DNA of 61,959 nt, taken from NCBI GenBank assembly GCA_040081625.1, contig JBEBGD010000022.1, positions 1 to 61,959 of the forward strand. The letters are read 5' to 3'. This document shows, piece after piece, positions 17,036-25,197 of this stretch. Under the pieces are notes generated by a model. It was not told the DNA's origin. It did no database searches and saw only the letters and a list, made by a program, of their open reading frames with translations. Position 1 is the first letter of the stretch, and every line of letters begins with the position of its first letter. Source of the DNA: Chthoniobacteraceae bacterium (lineage in GTDB: Bacteria > Verrucomicrobiota > Verrucomicrobiia > Chthoniobacterales > Chthoniobacteraceae). The translations under genes and the position numbers were made by a program.

Positions 17036-18114
17036 GCGGCCCAGCGCCTGGCGAGCCACACGGCCAGCTCCCCCACAGCGCCGAGCGTCGCGGGAGCCAT
17101 ACGCTCGAGCGTGTCGTCGGCAGTGTAACGCTGCTCGTAGTCGTGATTGCCCAGGAGCAGCGCACCTGCGCCGAGCGAAATGTGGTCGCCCCATAGTCTC
17201 GCCGGCGCCGTCTTGAGTTGAAGCCCGGTTTTCAGCGCAGCGGTCGCGGCGCGCACATCGGCGAGGAGGTCGAGCGCCGTCTCCAGCGGCAGCGTGAGAG
17301 TATTCGTGGAATCGCCCACGCTGTGCAGCACCACGGCGCGGCGCGGCGTGCCGGCTTTCGCGTGATGTCTGCTGCCTGCCAGGCCATCGGCTGCGCTGAA
17401 CTGGCTGCGCGGCTCGCCGGCATCGAAGAGCACCAGCTCGATCTTTTCCGCGAACTGCGGATCGAGCGCGAGCACTCGCGCAATTTCGACGAGCAACGCC
17501 GGGCCGCTTGCACCGTCGTTCGCGCCGACGAATTGGATTGCGGTGAAATACCGCGTGTCGTAGTGCGCGCCGATCAGCACGCTGCGCGGAGCGCGCGGGA
17601 CCGGTCGCGCGCCGTCGGCGGCGAAGCGCGCGATGAGATTCGTGCCGCCGATATCGCCGCGCGGCGTCGTCGCGGTGAAGCTTTGCTGCTCGACCTCCCA
17701 TCCCGCGCTCGCGAGCGCCGATGCGAGGACGCCGCGCGCCCGGCCCAGTTCCATCGAACCCGTGGGCCGCGGGCCGATCTCGACGAGTTGCTTCGCGGTG
17801 CGCCACGCGCGGTCGCCGGAGATCTGTTTCCACAAGTCCGGAGGCGGGGCCTGCCTGCTCACCGGCACCCGCATACCAGGCGTCGGCTTCGGGGCGACGG
17901 GCCCGGGAGCCTGCTCTGCCCTCGTCAGTGCGGGCGACGCTGTCGCGCCCGGCTCGGGCGCGGGCTGCGGGGCAGGTTTGGGCGCCGGGCCGCACGCGCT
18001 GACGAACGCTGCGACGACGACGGTGATCGCCAGCGGCGGCCACGGAGTTCTTCGACAGCGCGCCCGGCCGGCGCCAGGCGCTTCGCTCACGATGACTCGC
18101 CTCGATTCGCCCAC
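17029..18114 (-). CDS. M28 peptidase/glutaminyl cyclase-like lipoprotein, possibly with a degenerate active site; true start probably downstream of 18114
   Basis: Lipobox VSAC and a Pro-rich linker. GPRPTGS, GAHYDT, GANDGASG. Confidence 0.8.
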   Translation of the reverse strand: MGESRRVIVSEAPGAGRARCRRTPWPPLAITVVVAAFVSACGPAPKPAPQPAPEPGATASPALTRAEQAPGPVAPKPTPGMRVPVSRQAPPPDLWKQISGDRAWRTAKQLVEIGPRPTGSMELGRARGVLASALASAGWEVEQQSFTATTPRGDIGGTNLIARFAADGARPVPRAPRSVLIGAHYDTRYFTAIQFVGANDGASGPALLVEIARVLALDPQFAEKIELVLFDAGEPRSQFSAADGLAGSRHHAKAGTPRRAVVLHSVGDSTNTLTLPLETALDLLADVRAATAALKTGLQLKTAPARLWGDHISLGAGALLLGNHDYEQRYTADDTLERMAPATLGAVGELAVWLARRWAAQ

Positions 18115-18120
18115 TCGCGC

Positions 18121-19023
18121 TTAGCGTTCGTCCGGCAGGTTGATGAGCTGGAGCAGGCGCTGGAGATCGTCATTGCCGTAATACTCAATCTCGATCCGGC
18201 CACGCTTTGGTCCGTGGTGCAACTCGACGTGCGTGGCCAGGTGCTGCTGAAGCCGGTTCTGCAAGTGAACCAGCGCCGGGGACAATCCATCGCTCGCGCT
18301 CGTCGTGCTCCGCCTCGGTTTGAGGGTGCCGTTTTCCTCGAAGTGCGCCGAGACGAGTTTCTCCGCCGCGCGCACGGTGAGGCTGCGGCGGATGATTTCA
18401 TCGGCGAGCAACCGCTGCTGCGCACGCTCCTTGAGCGAGAGGAGCACCTTCGCGTGGCCGACCGAGATGCGATCCTGCACGAGCCAGCCCTGCACCTCCG
18501 CATCGAGTTCGAGCAGGCGCATAGAGTTGGCGACGGCAGCGCGGCTCTTGCCGACCTTTTGCGCTATCTCCTCCTGCTTTTCTCCGAACTCCCTCGCGAG
18601 GCGTGCAAATGCGTGAGCTTCCTCGATCGGGTTGAGATCCTCGCGCTGGAGATTCTCGATGAGCGCGAGCTCGAGCACGTCGCGGTCGCCCGCTTCGCGC
18701 ACGATGACGGGCGCCTCGGTCAGCCCGGCGCGTTGCGCGGCGCGCCAGCGGCGTTCTCCGGCGATGAGTTCACAATTCTCGCCGCGCAGCCGCACGATGA
18801 GCGGCTGAATGATGCCGTGTTCCCTGATCGAGCCGACGAGTTCGTCGATGTGCTCATCGCGGAAGACCATGCGCGGTTGAAACGGTGACGCCACGATCCG
18901 CGAGAGCGGCACGAGTTGCACACGCTCGCCGCTTTCGACGGCAGGCGTGGGGGAGACCAGCGGGGATGCTGGCCTCGTGCTGATGAGGGCGCCGAGCCCT
19001 TTGCCGAGTGCTGCTTTGGCCAT
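18121..19023 (-). CDS. parB: ParB/Spo0J chromosome partitioning protein
   Basis: ALGKGLGALI, QPR, GIIQPL, IAGERRWRA, ALIENLQREDL, and HTH KSRAAVANSMRLL. Confidence 0.95.
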   Translation of the reverse strand: MAKAALGKGLGALISTRPASPLVSPTPAVESGERVQLVPLSRIVASPFQPRMVFRDEHIDELVGSIREHGIIQPLIVRLRGENCELIAGERRWRAAQRAGLTEAPVIVREAGDRDVLELALIENLQREDLNPIEEAHAFARLAREFGEKQEEIAQKVGKSRAAVANSMRLLELDAEVQGWLVQDRISVGHAKVLLSLKERAQQRLLADEIIRRSLTVRAAEKLVSAHFEENGTLKPRRSTTSASDGLSPALVHLQNRLQQHLATHVELHHGPKRGRIEIEYYGNDDLQRLLQLINLPDER

Positions 19024-19120
19024 GTGAGCGCCGAGCTAAACGTGCCCCGCACGAAATGCAAACCGCAGAAATCACGCTTCGTCGTCGCCACTCGTGCAGT
19101 GACACCGTAGCGATGACGGC

Positions 19121-19768
19121 ATGATTTTTGACCGCCTGTTTTATTATCGCGACGACACGCCACGCGACGGCGCGCTGAACATGGCGATCGACGAAGCACT
19201 CGCGCGCTCCGCGAGCGCTCCCCTGCTGCGCGTGTATCGGTGGGCGCGGCCGAGCATTTCGTTCGGATACTTCGGCCGCGCGCGCGAGGTCGCCTCGCGC
19301 TGGCCGGGCCGCGAACTCGTGCGTCGCTGGACTGGCGGCGGCGAGGTGCCGCACGGGGACGACTTCACCTACACGCTCGCGGTTCCGGGCAGTCATCCAT
19401 TTTCCCGCACGAGCGCGCGCGAATCCTATCGCGCGCTCCACGAAGTGCTCGCTGCGCTGCTACCCGGCGCCGCGCTTGCCGACGCTGACGGCGACGATGC
19501 GCCCGCGTGCTTCGAGCGCCCGGTCGCGGCGGACGTCGTCATCGCAAATCGGAAAGTTGCCGGGGCAGCGCAGCGCCGCGGAGCGTTCGGGCTTCTCCAC
19601 CAAGGCAGCGTGCAAGGCGTCCCGTGGCCCGCAGATCTCCCCTCGCGGCTCACCGCGGCTCTTGCCCGCGAGGTGACGCCCGCCGAATTCTCCCCCGCCC
19701 TGCTCGCGGAATCCGCCCGGCTCGCGTCGGAAAAATACCGCACGAACGCGTGGAACGAGCGGCGTTGA
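19121..19768 (+). CDS. Lipoate-protein ligase A / octanoyltransferase-like (BPL/LplA/LipB family)
   Basis: NMAIDEAL, LRVYRW..SFGYF, VRRWTGGG, RKVAGAAQRR, LHQGS. Confidence 0.88.
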   Translation: MIFDRLFYYRDDTPRDGALNMAIDEALARSASAPLLRVYRWARPSISFGYFGRAREVASRWPGRELVRRWTGGGEVPHGDDFTYTLAVPGSHPFSRTSARESYRALHEVLAALLPGAALADADGDDAPACFERPVAADVVIANRKVAGAAQRRGAFGLLHQGSVQGVPWPADLPSRLTAALAREVTPAEFSPALLAESARLASEKYRTNAWNERR

Positions 19769-19837
19769 GCGAACGCGAAGAAAAGATCGCTTGCGCCGAT
19801 GGTGCTACTCGCTAAACCTTCGCGCCCCGAAGAAAAA

Positions 19838-19919
19838 GCCCGGGTGGCGAAACTGGCAGACGCGCACGTTTGAGGGGCGTGTGGAGAAATCCATAGGGGT
19901 TCAAATCCCCTCCCGGGCA
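19838..19919 (+). tRNA. tRNA-Leu(GAG), CCA not encoded
   Basis: Acceptor stem GCCCGGG/CCCGGGC-A. D loop AAACTGGCAGA. Anticodon arm CACGT-TTGAGGG-GCGTG. Long variable arm TGGA-GAAA-TCCA. T arm GGGG-TTCAAAT-CCCC. Confidence 0.95.
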
Positions 19920-19923
19920 CTAT

Positions 19924-20451
19924 TTAAAACTTCGGCTTCGCGCCAGGCGCCGGCGTCCCGCCCGCTGCCTTCACGGCCTTTTTCTCAAGCTTCTCCGCGT
20001 CGCGCGATTCGAGCGTGAGCACGAGGTTGAGCTTGAAGCTGCCAAGCGCGTGGTCGGTGCGCTCCCACTTGCGGCCCTCAAAAGCGGTCTGGAGTTTGTT
20101 GAGTGAGTCGTAGCCGGTGCGCGGCTTTTCCTCCCGCCACTTGTATTTCCCAGCCTCGGCAGCGAGCACGGCCTCGATCTCCGCCTCGCTAATCGGCTTG
20201 GGCTGCGAGTTCTCGAGCTTGATGTATTCGATGCGATGCGTGACGCCGCCGACGTAGGCCGCGCGAATGCGCCAGCCCTCGAAGTTGTAGGCGAGTTCCT
20301 TCGCACCGGGCATCAACGGCTTTTCGTTCGGACCGATCAATTCCGGCACCGCGGCGCCGTAGCGCGTCTTTGCTTGCGTTTCGTTTTCGCCGAGGCGCGC
20401 GTGGGCGATGGCGGGTAATGAAAGGACGAGGAGGATCAGCGGGAGCTTCAT
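19924..20451 (-). CDS. Exported hypothetical protein
   Basis: ATG at 20451 with signal peptide MKLPLILLVLSLPAIAHA, followed by RLGE....RYG. Confidence 0.75.
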   Translation of the reverse strand: MKLPLILLVLSLPAIAHARLGENETQAKTRYGAAVPELIGPNEKPLMPGAKELAYNFEGWRIRAAYVGGVTHRIEYIKLENSQPKPISEAEIEAVLAAEAGKYKWREEKPRTGYDSLNKLQTAFEGRKWERTDHALGSFKLNLVLTLESRDAEKLEKKAVKAAGGTPAPGAKPKF

Positions 20452-20490
20452 CGGTGCGTTCGATTGGACACGGCGGGGTGTCGTTCCGTT

Positions 20491-20535
20491 ACAAAAACGA
20501 ACGGGACGAGGCAACACAGCGGCCTCGTCCCGTTC
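20491..20535 (-). terminator. Rho-independent terminator downstream of the ferredoxin gene
   Basis: Perfect 14-bp stem GAACGGGACGAGGC (20499-20512) / GCCTCGTCCCGTTC (20522-20535), followed on the minus strand by GTTTTTGT. Confidence 0.8.
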
Positions 20536-20567
20536 TCACAAATTGTGCGTGGCGCGAAGCCCGCGGG

Positions 20568-20807
20568 TTATTCGCCGTCGCTGTCGATGGCGGCCTGCGG
20601 ACAGACGGCTTTAGTTTCCTCGGCGATCTTCACCTCATCGTCGCCAGCGGGTTGCTTGTGGAAATAGACGTAGGTCTCGTCGGCGTTGTATTTGAGGAGG
20701 GAATCGGCGCCGGCGACTTCCATGCACGTGCGGCAGGGAGTGCAGGTGGTGTCCACATACCAGGGTCCAGGAACGTTCTCGGGTTGCTTGCTGTTTTTGT
20801 CGGCCAT
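20568..20807 (-). CDS. Small monocluster ferredoxin
   Basis: MADKNSKQPENVPGPWYVDTT-CTPCRTC...CPQAAI (CxxCxxC...CP), 79 aa. Confidence 0.9.
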   Translation of the reverse strand: MADKNSKQPENVPGPWYVDTTCTPCRTCMEVAGADSLLKYNADETYVYFHKQPAGDDEVKIAEETKAVCPQAAIDSDGE

Positions 20808-20861
20808 GTTTTTTTGGGTGGTGGGTTGTTGGTTACGATGTTCGCCGTGAGCGTGCAATGC

Positions 20862-23800
20862 TCACTGCGAAGATTTTTTAACCGGCGTCGGCACCGGAGT
20901 CGCGCCGGGCTTCGGCGCCTGGATGATCGGCGGCGGCGTGATCAGCTTGAGCGCAGGATTCCCGGGCGGTTTCTTGTCCCCGGGCATCGGCAGTTCCTGC
21001 ACGCTCGGGAGCTTCGCGCCTTCGCGCAGGAACTTCTCGTTTGGCTCGATCTTCTCCGGCACCTTGAAGGTCGGCACCGGCGCAGCATTCATCCATGGCG
21101 GCGGCGGCGGCATTTCGAATTTCAGTTCCTCGCCCGTCTTGGTGAAGAGCTTCTTCACCGAGCGCGTGGTCTTGGTCTTGATCTTCGTGTCATTCGGGCC
21201 GGGCGTCTCGATTTCGAGGGTCTCCTCGACGGTGCGCACCTCGGTGTCTTCGACGGTGTAAAGTCCGCCGCCGTCGTGCTCGTAGAATTTCTTCATCTCG
21301 GCGAGGTTGAATGGGCGCGCGCCGCGACGACCGAAGACGACGGTCTGGTTTCCGGTTTCATCGACGACGCGATCCCGATCGAGCCCACGGGTGACCGCGA
21401 GCGCGGCGTGATGCGTGTGGTAGGTGGCGATGAGGCGCGGGGCGGGTTCGGGCGAGAAGCCGTAGGCGCCATCGACGGTATCGGGCGAGATCATCTGCAC
21501 GATCTGCAGGCCGTTGTGGCCGCCGGCGATGAGCGCATACATCGACGCGGCGACGGAGCCGATCTTCACGTCGCGCGCGTCGTTGATCTTTCCGCCGGCG
21601 GTGTAATTGCGGATGAAGCGCGGGCGCTCGGGGTTCTGGACGTCGATGATCGCGAGTCCGTCGTGACCGTTGGCGACGTAGGCGTAGGTGCGCGCGACGT
21701 AGAGTTTGTGCGGATCGCCGAGGCGGACGACGGCGCCGGGAATGGCGCGGGGGCGGTTCGGATTGCTGATGTCCACGACCTTTAGGCCATCGTCGTCGCT
21801 GATGAACGCGTAACGGAACTGGACGCTGATACTCTTCGGATTGCGCAGGAAGCCGTCGGCGACTTCGCCCACAAGGCGCGGGCGCTCGGGTTCATTGATA
21901 TCGACGATGGCCAGTCCGCGAGCCGTGCAGACAAAGACGCGATGCCCGGCGCACACTGCGAAGGTGGCGCCGGTGAGCTTGCCGTCGGGGTTGAACCACT
22001 CGCCGATCTGCTCGCCGTTCGCTCCCTTGAGTTTCGCGCGGTTGAGGAAGTTGTTCTCGGGATTGCCGTCGAAGAGCGTGCCGACGTTGACGACATACAT
22101 CCCCTTCTCGAGGTCGGTGACGAAGACGTAGCCATACATGGGGTGGATCGGCTGTTCTTCGTTCTCGGGCAGGCGGACGCGATACGGGTCGTTGAGCAGC
22201 GTGCTCGGCATGGCGACCGACGTAGCGAAGGGCGAGCGCACGTAGGTGCGATGACCGATCGGCGAGAAGGGGCCGGTGACGAGACGCTCGGAGAAGCCCT
22301 TCTGCTCGATGTTGGCGACGTCGAAGACATTCAGCCCGGCCGGGCCGTCGGCGGTGTAGAGGAACTCGCCGCGCAGCGTGAGATCGTTCACTTCGCGCGC
22401 GTGGTGCTCGAAGGCCGGGAAGTCGTAGCCGCGCTGCTTGGAGCCCCAGAGCTCGCGGCCTTTGTCCACGTGCGCCTGATAGTTCGCCGGGTAGGCGATC
22501 TTGTGGAAGCTCGACCCGATGGCGGCCTGCGGCTCGTCGGATTCCGTCCAGCCCACGCCATACACGCCTTTCTCAGCACCGACCCATGCGAAGCGGCCGA
22601 AGAAGTTAACCGTGCCCGTGCCGAAGCCGAGCAGCGACGCCATCCACGCGTTGTTGTCGTTGCCTTTGGAGACGTGGCACTCGGTGCATTCCTTGGTGGT
22701 GCCGACGCCGCTGGTGGTGTGCGCGAAGTGCGGATTGTAGGCCTGGCCGGAGTAGCCTTCGCCGCTGACGGTCTGCTGCTGGACATAGACCCACTCGCGG
22801 TTCGCATTCTGCGAGCTGACCACGACGGCGCTCGAGGAACGCAGCACGGCCATGCGGTTCTTTTTCACCGTGCCGTCGATGCCGAGCTGGAAGACATCGT
22901 CGCGGACGACCTGCGGATTGTAGGTGGTGAAGCCGCGGTCCACGGTCGCCTCGTATTTATTGAGCGGTGCGCGCTGGTTGATCTTCAGCGGCAGATGGCA
23001 GCCGAAGCAGCTCGTCGCCCAGCTCGTGTGGCAGACCTGGCAGTCGAAGTTCTCGTTCGCGTGCGCGAGCTCGCGTTTGCAATCCTCGGGGGTCTTCGGG
23101 AGCTTCATCGAGCCGAAGGTCTTTCCGTCGCGGTGCAGCGTCTTGGCGTAGGCGGATTTGAGGTTGAACTGTTTCTCGTTGTAAGGATCGACGGTGTCCT
23201 TGGTCATCGGCACTTCCCACCACATGTCGGGACGCATCGACGAATACTGGATGAGGATCTCGCGCCCGACGCCGTCCTTTTTCCACTCGAAGCGCGGGCC
23301 GAACCCGGTGCGCAGTTCGAGCAGGTTCACGGGCGAGATCTTCCGGCGATCTTCCGGCTCGGTCTTGCCGCTCACACCGCTGGTCAGGAGCGTCGGCTTC
23401 TCGCTGACGGTGCCGTGGCAGTCGATGCACATGATCGTCGTCGCGTTGCGCGGCTCGCCGTAGAGGTTGCCATTGCCATGCACATCGACCTCGAAGTGGC
23501 AGTCGCCGCATTGCATGCCTTTCTCGAGGTGGATGTCCTTGAGGTGGACGGCGTGCTTGAAGTCGCTGTGCGGGATTTTGTTTCCCTCGCGGTCGAGGCG
23601 GTTGCCTTTTTTGTCCTGCTTGAAGACGGCGCGATAGACCCAGCCGTGACCGTGGTAATCGGCGAACTGCGTGTGCTTGAGCTTCGAGTTCAGCTCGGCG
23701 GTTTTCTCGAGGAAGTCGAGGTCCTTCCACAAGCCGCGCGCTGCAGCCGCCTCGGGCTTGTTCTGAGTCACGCGCACGAGTTCGTCGTCGGTCGGGTCGT

Positions 23801-25193
23801 GCTGCTTCTTCGGATACATGTGCTCGCCGTCGGTCTCCTGATCCCACCACGTGTAGCCGAGATACGGGTTCACGAAGAGGTTGCCCTGATGCATGTGGCA
23901 GTTCATGCACTGCGAGCTCGGCACCGCGCTGGTGAACTGGTGCATGATCGGATGCCCGCGCTGATTCTTCGGGATTGTCGGATCCTTCGAGAAGCTCAGC
24001 CCCTGGTTGCCGTATTTCGCCCACCAGCCGGAGTTGGTGTGCGAGCGATCATTGGCATAGACGACGTGACACGCGGTGCAGCCGCTTGAGCGGTAGTCGC
24101 CGGGGTGATCATTCGAGCCGAGGAAATGGAGCATCGGGTCGTGCAGGCGGGTCTTCTGCGCACCGAGGAAGAGTGGGTCGGTGCGGTTGAGCGTGCCGAG
24201 GCCGCGCTCGGAAAGACGGCGCTCAGGTTTGCCCGGCGGCTCGTCGAGCGATGGGATGCCGAGTTGGAGCGGGAAGGAGCCGCCCTTTTCGAAAATGCGG
24301 AAGGTGTTGCCGGGCATGGCGCGGTTGAAGCGCGGAAGCGGAAGCAGCCACGGGAGGATGCCCAGCGTCCGCGTCTCCTCAGCAGTCGGTGTCCACGGGT
24401 TGACTAGCTTCAGCGGCGAACCGTCAACATCGTAAGCCTGGCCGACGATAGCGTTCTTGAACTGGATCGCGCCGTTATTGTAGGCCGCGGCGTTCCAGAG
24501 CATGCCGCCGTGATTCATCATCGAGTGGCGGCTGCGCTCGACGATGTCGCTATGGCACGGACCGCAGGTGATGTCCGCGACGCGCAGGTCGCCGGGATTG
24601 AAGAATTGGATAAACTTCGGCGACTCGTGGTTGAGGAGCGCGTGGGAGTTGATCGGGTTGGCGCCCTTGACCCAAAAGGCTGGGTTGTGCGGCAGGATGT
24701 GGGCTTGCTCCTTGGTCAGGCCCCGCTTCGGGTTGCCCGAATGGCAGTCCGTGCAGCCGAGCACGACGGCCTTCGATGCGTGCATGGTGTGCGAGTCGGT
24801 GGTGCGGTGGCACTCCTTGCACCCGACGCTCTTGCGTTCGGCTTCCCACAGCGGCTGGTCGATCTTGTTCGTCGGGAGCGGGCGCTTGCGCGGCATCGGC
24901 GCGACGCCCAATGAGCTGACCGGACCGAATCCCCAGCTATCCGGGATGACTTCCGCCGGCCCCGTCGGCGGCACCGAGGTCGCCGGTCCGCTGCCGGGCG
25001 GCACCACCGGTGCAGGCGGGATGAGCAGCGGCGGATCTGTCGGCTCCGGGCTCTTGTCGGCGGGCAGCTTCGGCTCCGGCGTGGCGGGCGCGGCGGTCTC
25101 GGGTTTCCCGGCGTTCTGCGCCTGCATGAACGCGGGGGCGATCCACCACAGGAGGAAGATGCCGATTACAAGGGATGTCGTCAGGCGGCGCAT
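20862..25193 (-). CDS. Exported multiheme c-type cytochrome (10 CxxCH) fused to a C-terminal LVIVD-repeat beta-propeller
   Basis: Signal peptide. CKECH, CTDCH, CGPCH, CTACH, CMNCH, CGDCH, CIDCH, CQVCH, CFGCH, CTECH. LVIVD-type repeats GLNVFDVAN, GLAIVDINEP, GLKVVDISNP, GLAIIDVQNP. Pro-rich ends. Confidence 0.9.
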   Translation of the reverse strand: MRRLTTSLVIGIFLLWWIAPAFMQAQNAGKPETAAPATPEPKLPADKSPEPTDPPLLIPPAPVVPPGSGPATSVPPTGPAEVIPDSWGFGPVSSLGVAPMPRKRPLPTNKIDQPLWEAERKSVGCKECHRTTDSHTMHASKAVVLGCTDCHSGNPKRGLTKEQAHILPHNPAFWVKGANPINSHALLNHESPKFIQFFNPGDLRVADITCGPCHSDIVERSRHSMMNHGGMLWNAAAYNNGAIQFKNAIVGQAYDVDGSPLKLVNPWTPTAEETRTLGILPWLLPLPRFNRAMPGNTFRIFEKGGSFPLQLGIPSLDEPPGKPERRLSERGLGTLNRTDPLFLGAQKTRLHDPMLHFLGSNDHPGDYRSSGCTACHVVYANDRSHTNSGWWAKYGNQGLSFSKDPTIPKNQRGHPIMHQFTSAVPSSQCMNCHMHQGNLFVNPYLGYTWWDQETDGEHMYPKKQHDPTDDELVRVTQNKPEAAAARGLWKDLDFLEKTAELNSKLKHTQFADYHGHGWVYRAVFKQDKKGNRLDREGNKIPHSDFKHAVHLKDIHLEKGMQCGDCHFEVDVHGNGNLYGEPRNATTIMCIDCHGTVSEKPTLLTSGVSGKTEPEDRRKISPVNLLELRTGFGPRFEWKKDGVGREILIQYSSMRPDMWWEVPMTKDTVDPYNEKQFNLKSAYAKTLHRDGKTFGSMKLPKTPEDCKRELAHANENFDCQVCHTSWATSCFGCHLPLKINQRAPLNKYEATVDRGFTTYNPQVVRDDVFQLGIDGTVKKNRMAVLRSSSAVVVSSQNANREWVYVQQQTVSGEGYSGQAYNPHFAHTTSGVGTTKECTECHVSKGNDNNAWMASLLGFGTGTVNFFGRFAWVGAEKGVYGVGWTESDEPQAAIGSSFHKIAYPANYQAHVDKGRELWGSKQRGYDFPAFEHHAREVNDLTLRGEFLYTADGPAGLNVFDVANIEQKGFSERLVTGPFSPIGHRTYVRSPFATSVAMPSTLLNDPYRVRLPENEEQPIHPMYGYVFVTDLEKGMYVVNVGTLFDGNPENNFLNRAKLKGANGEQIGEWFNPDGKLTGATFAVCAGHRVFVCTARGLAIVDINEPERPRLVGEVADGFLRNPKSISVQFRYAFISDDDGLKVVDISNPNRPRAIPGAVVRLGDPHKLYVARTYAYVANGHDGLAIIDVQNPERPRFIRNYTAGGKINDARDVKIGSVAASMYALIAGGHNGLQIVQMISPDTVDGAYGFSPEPAPRLIATYHTHHAALAVTRGLDRDRVVDETGNQTVVFGRRGARPFNLAEMKKFYEHDGGGLYTVEDTEVRTVEETLEIETPGPNDTKIKTKTTRSVKKLFTKTGEELKFEMPPPPPWMNAAPVPTFKVPEKIEPNEKFLREGAKLPSVQELPMPGDKKPPGNPALKLITPPPIIQAPKPGATPVPTPVKKSSQ

Positions 25194-25197
25194 CGGG

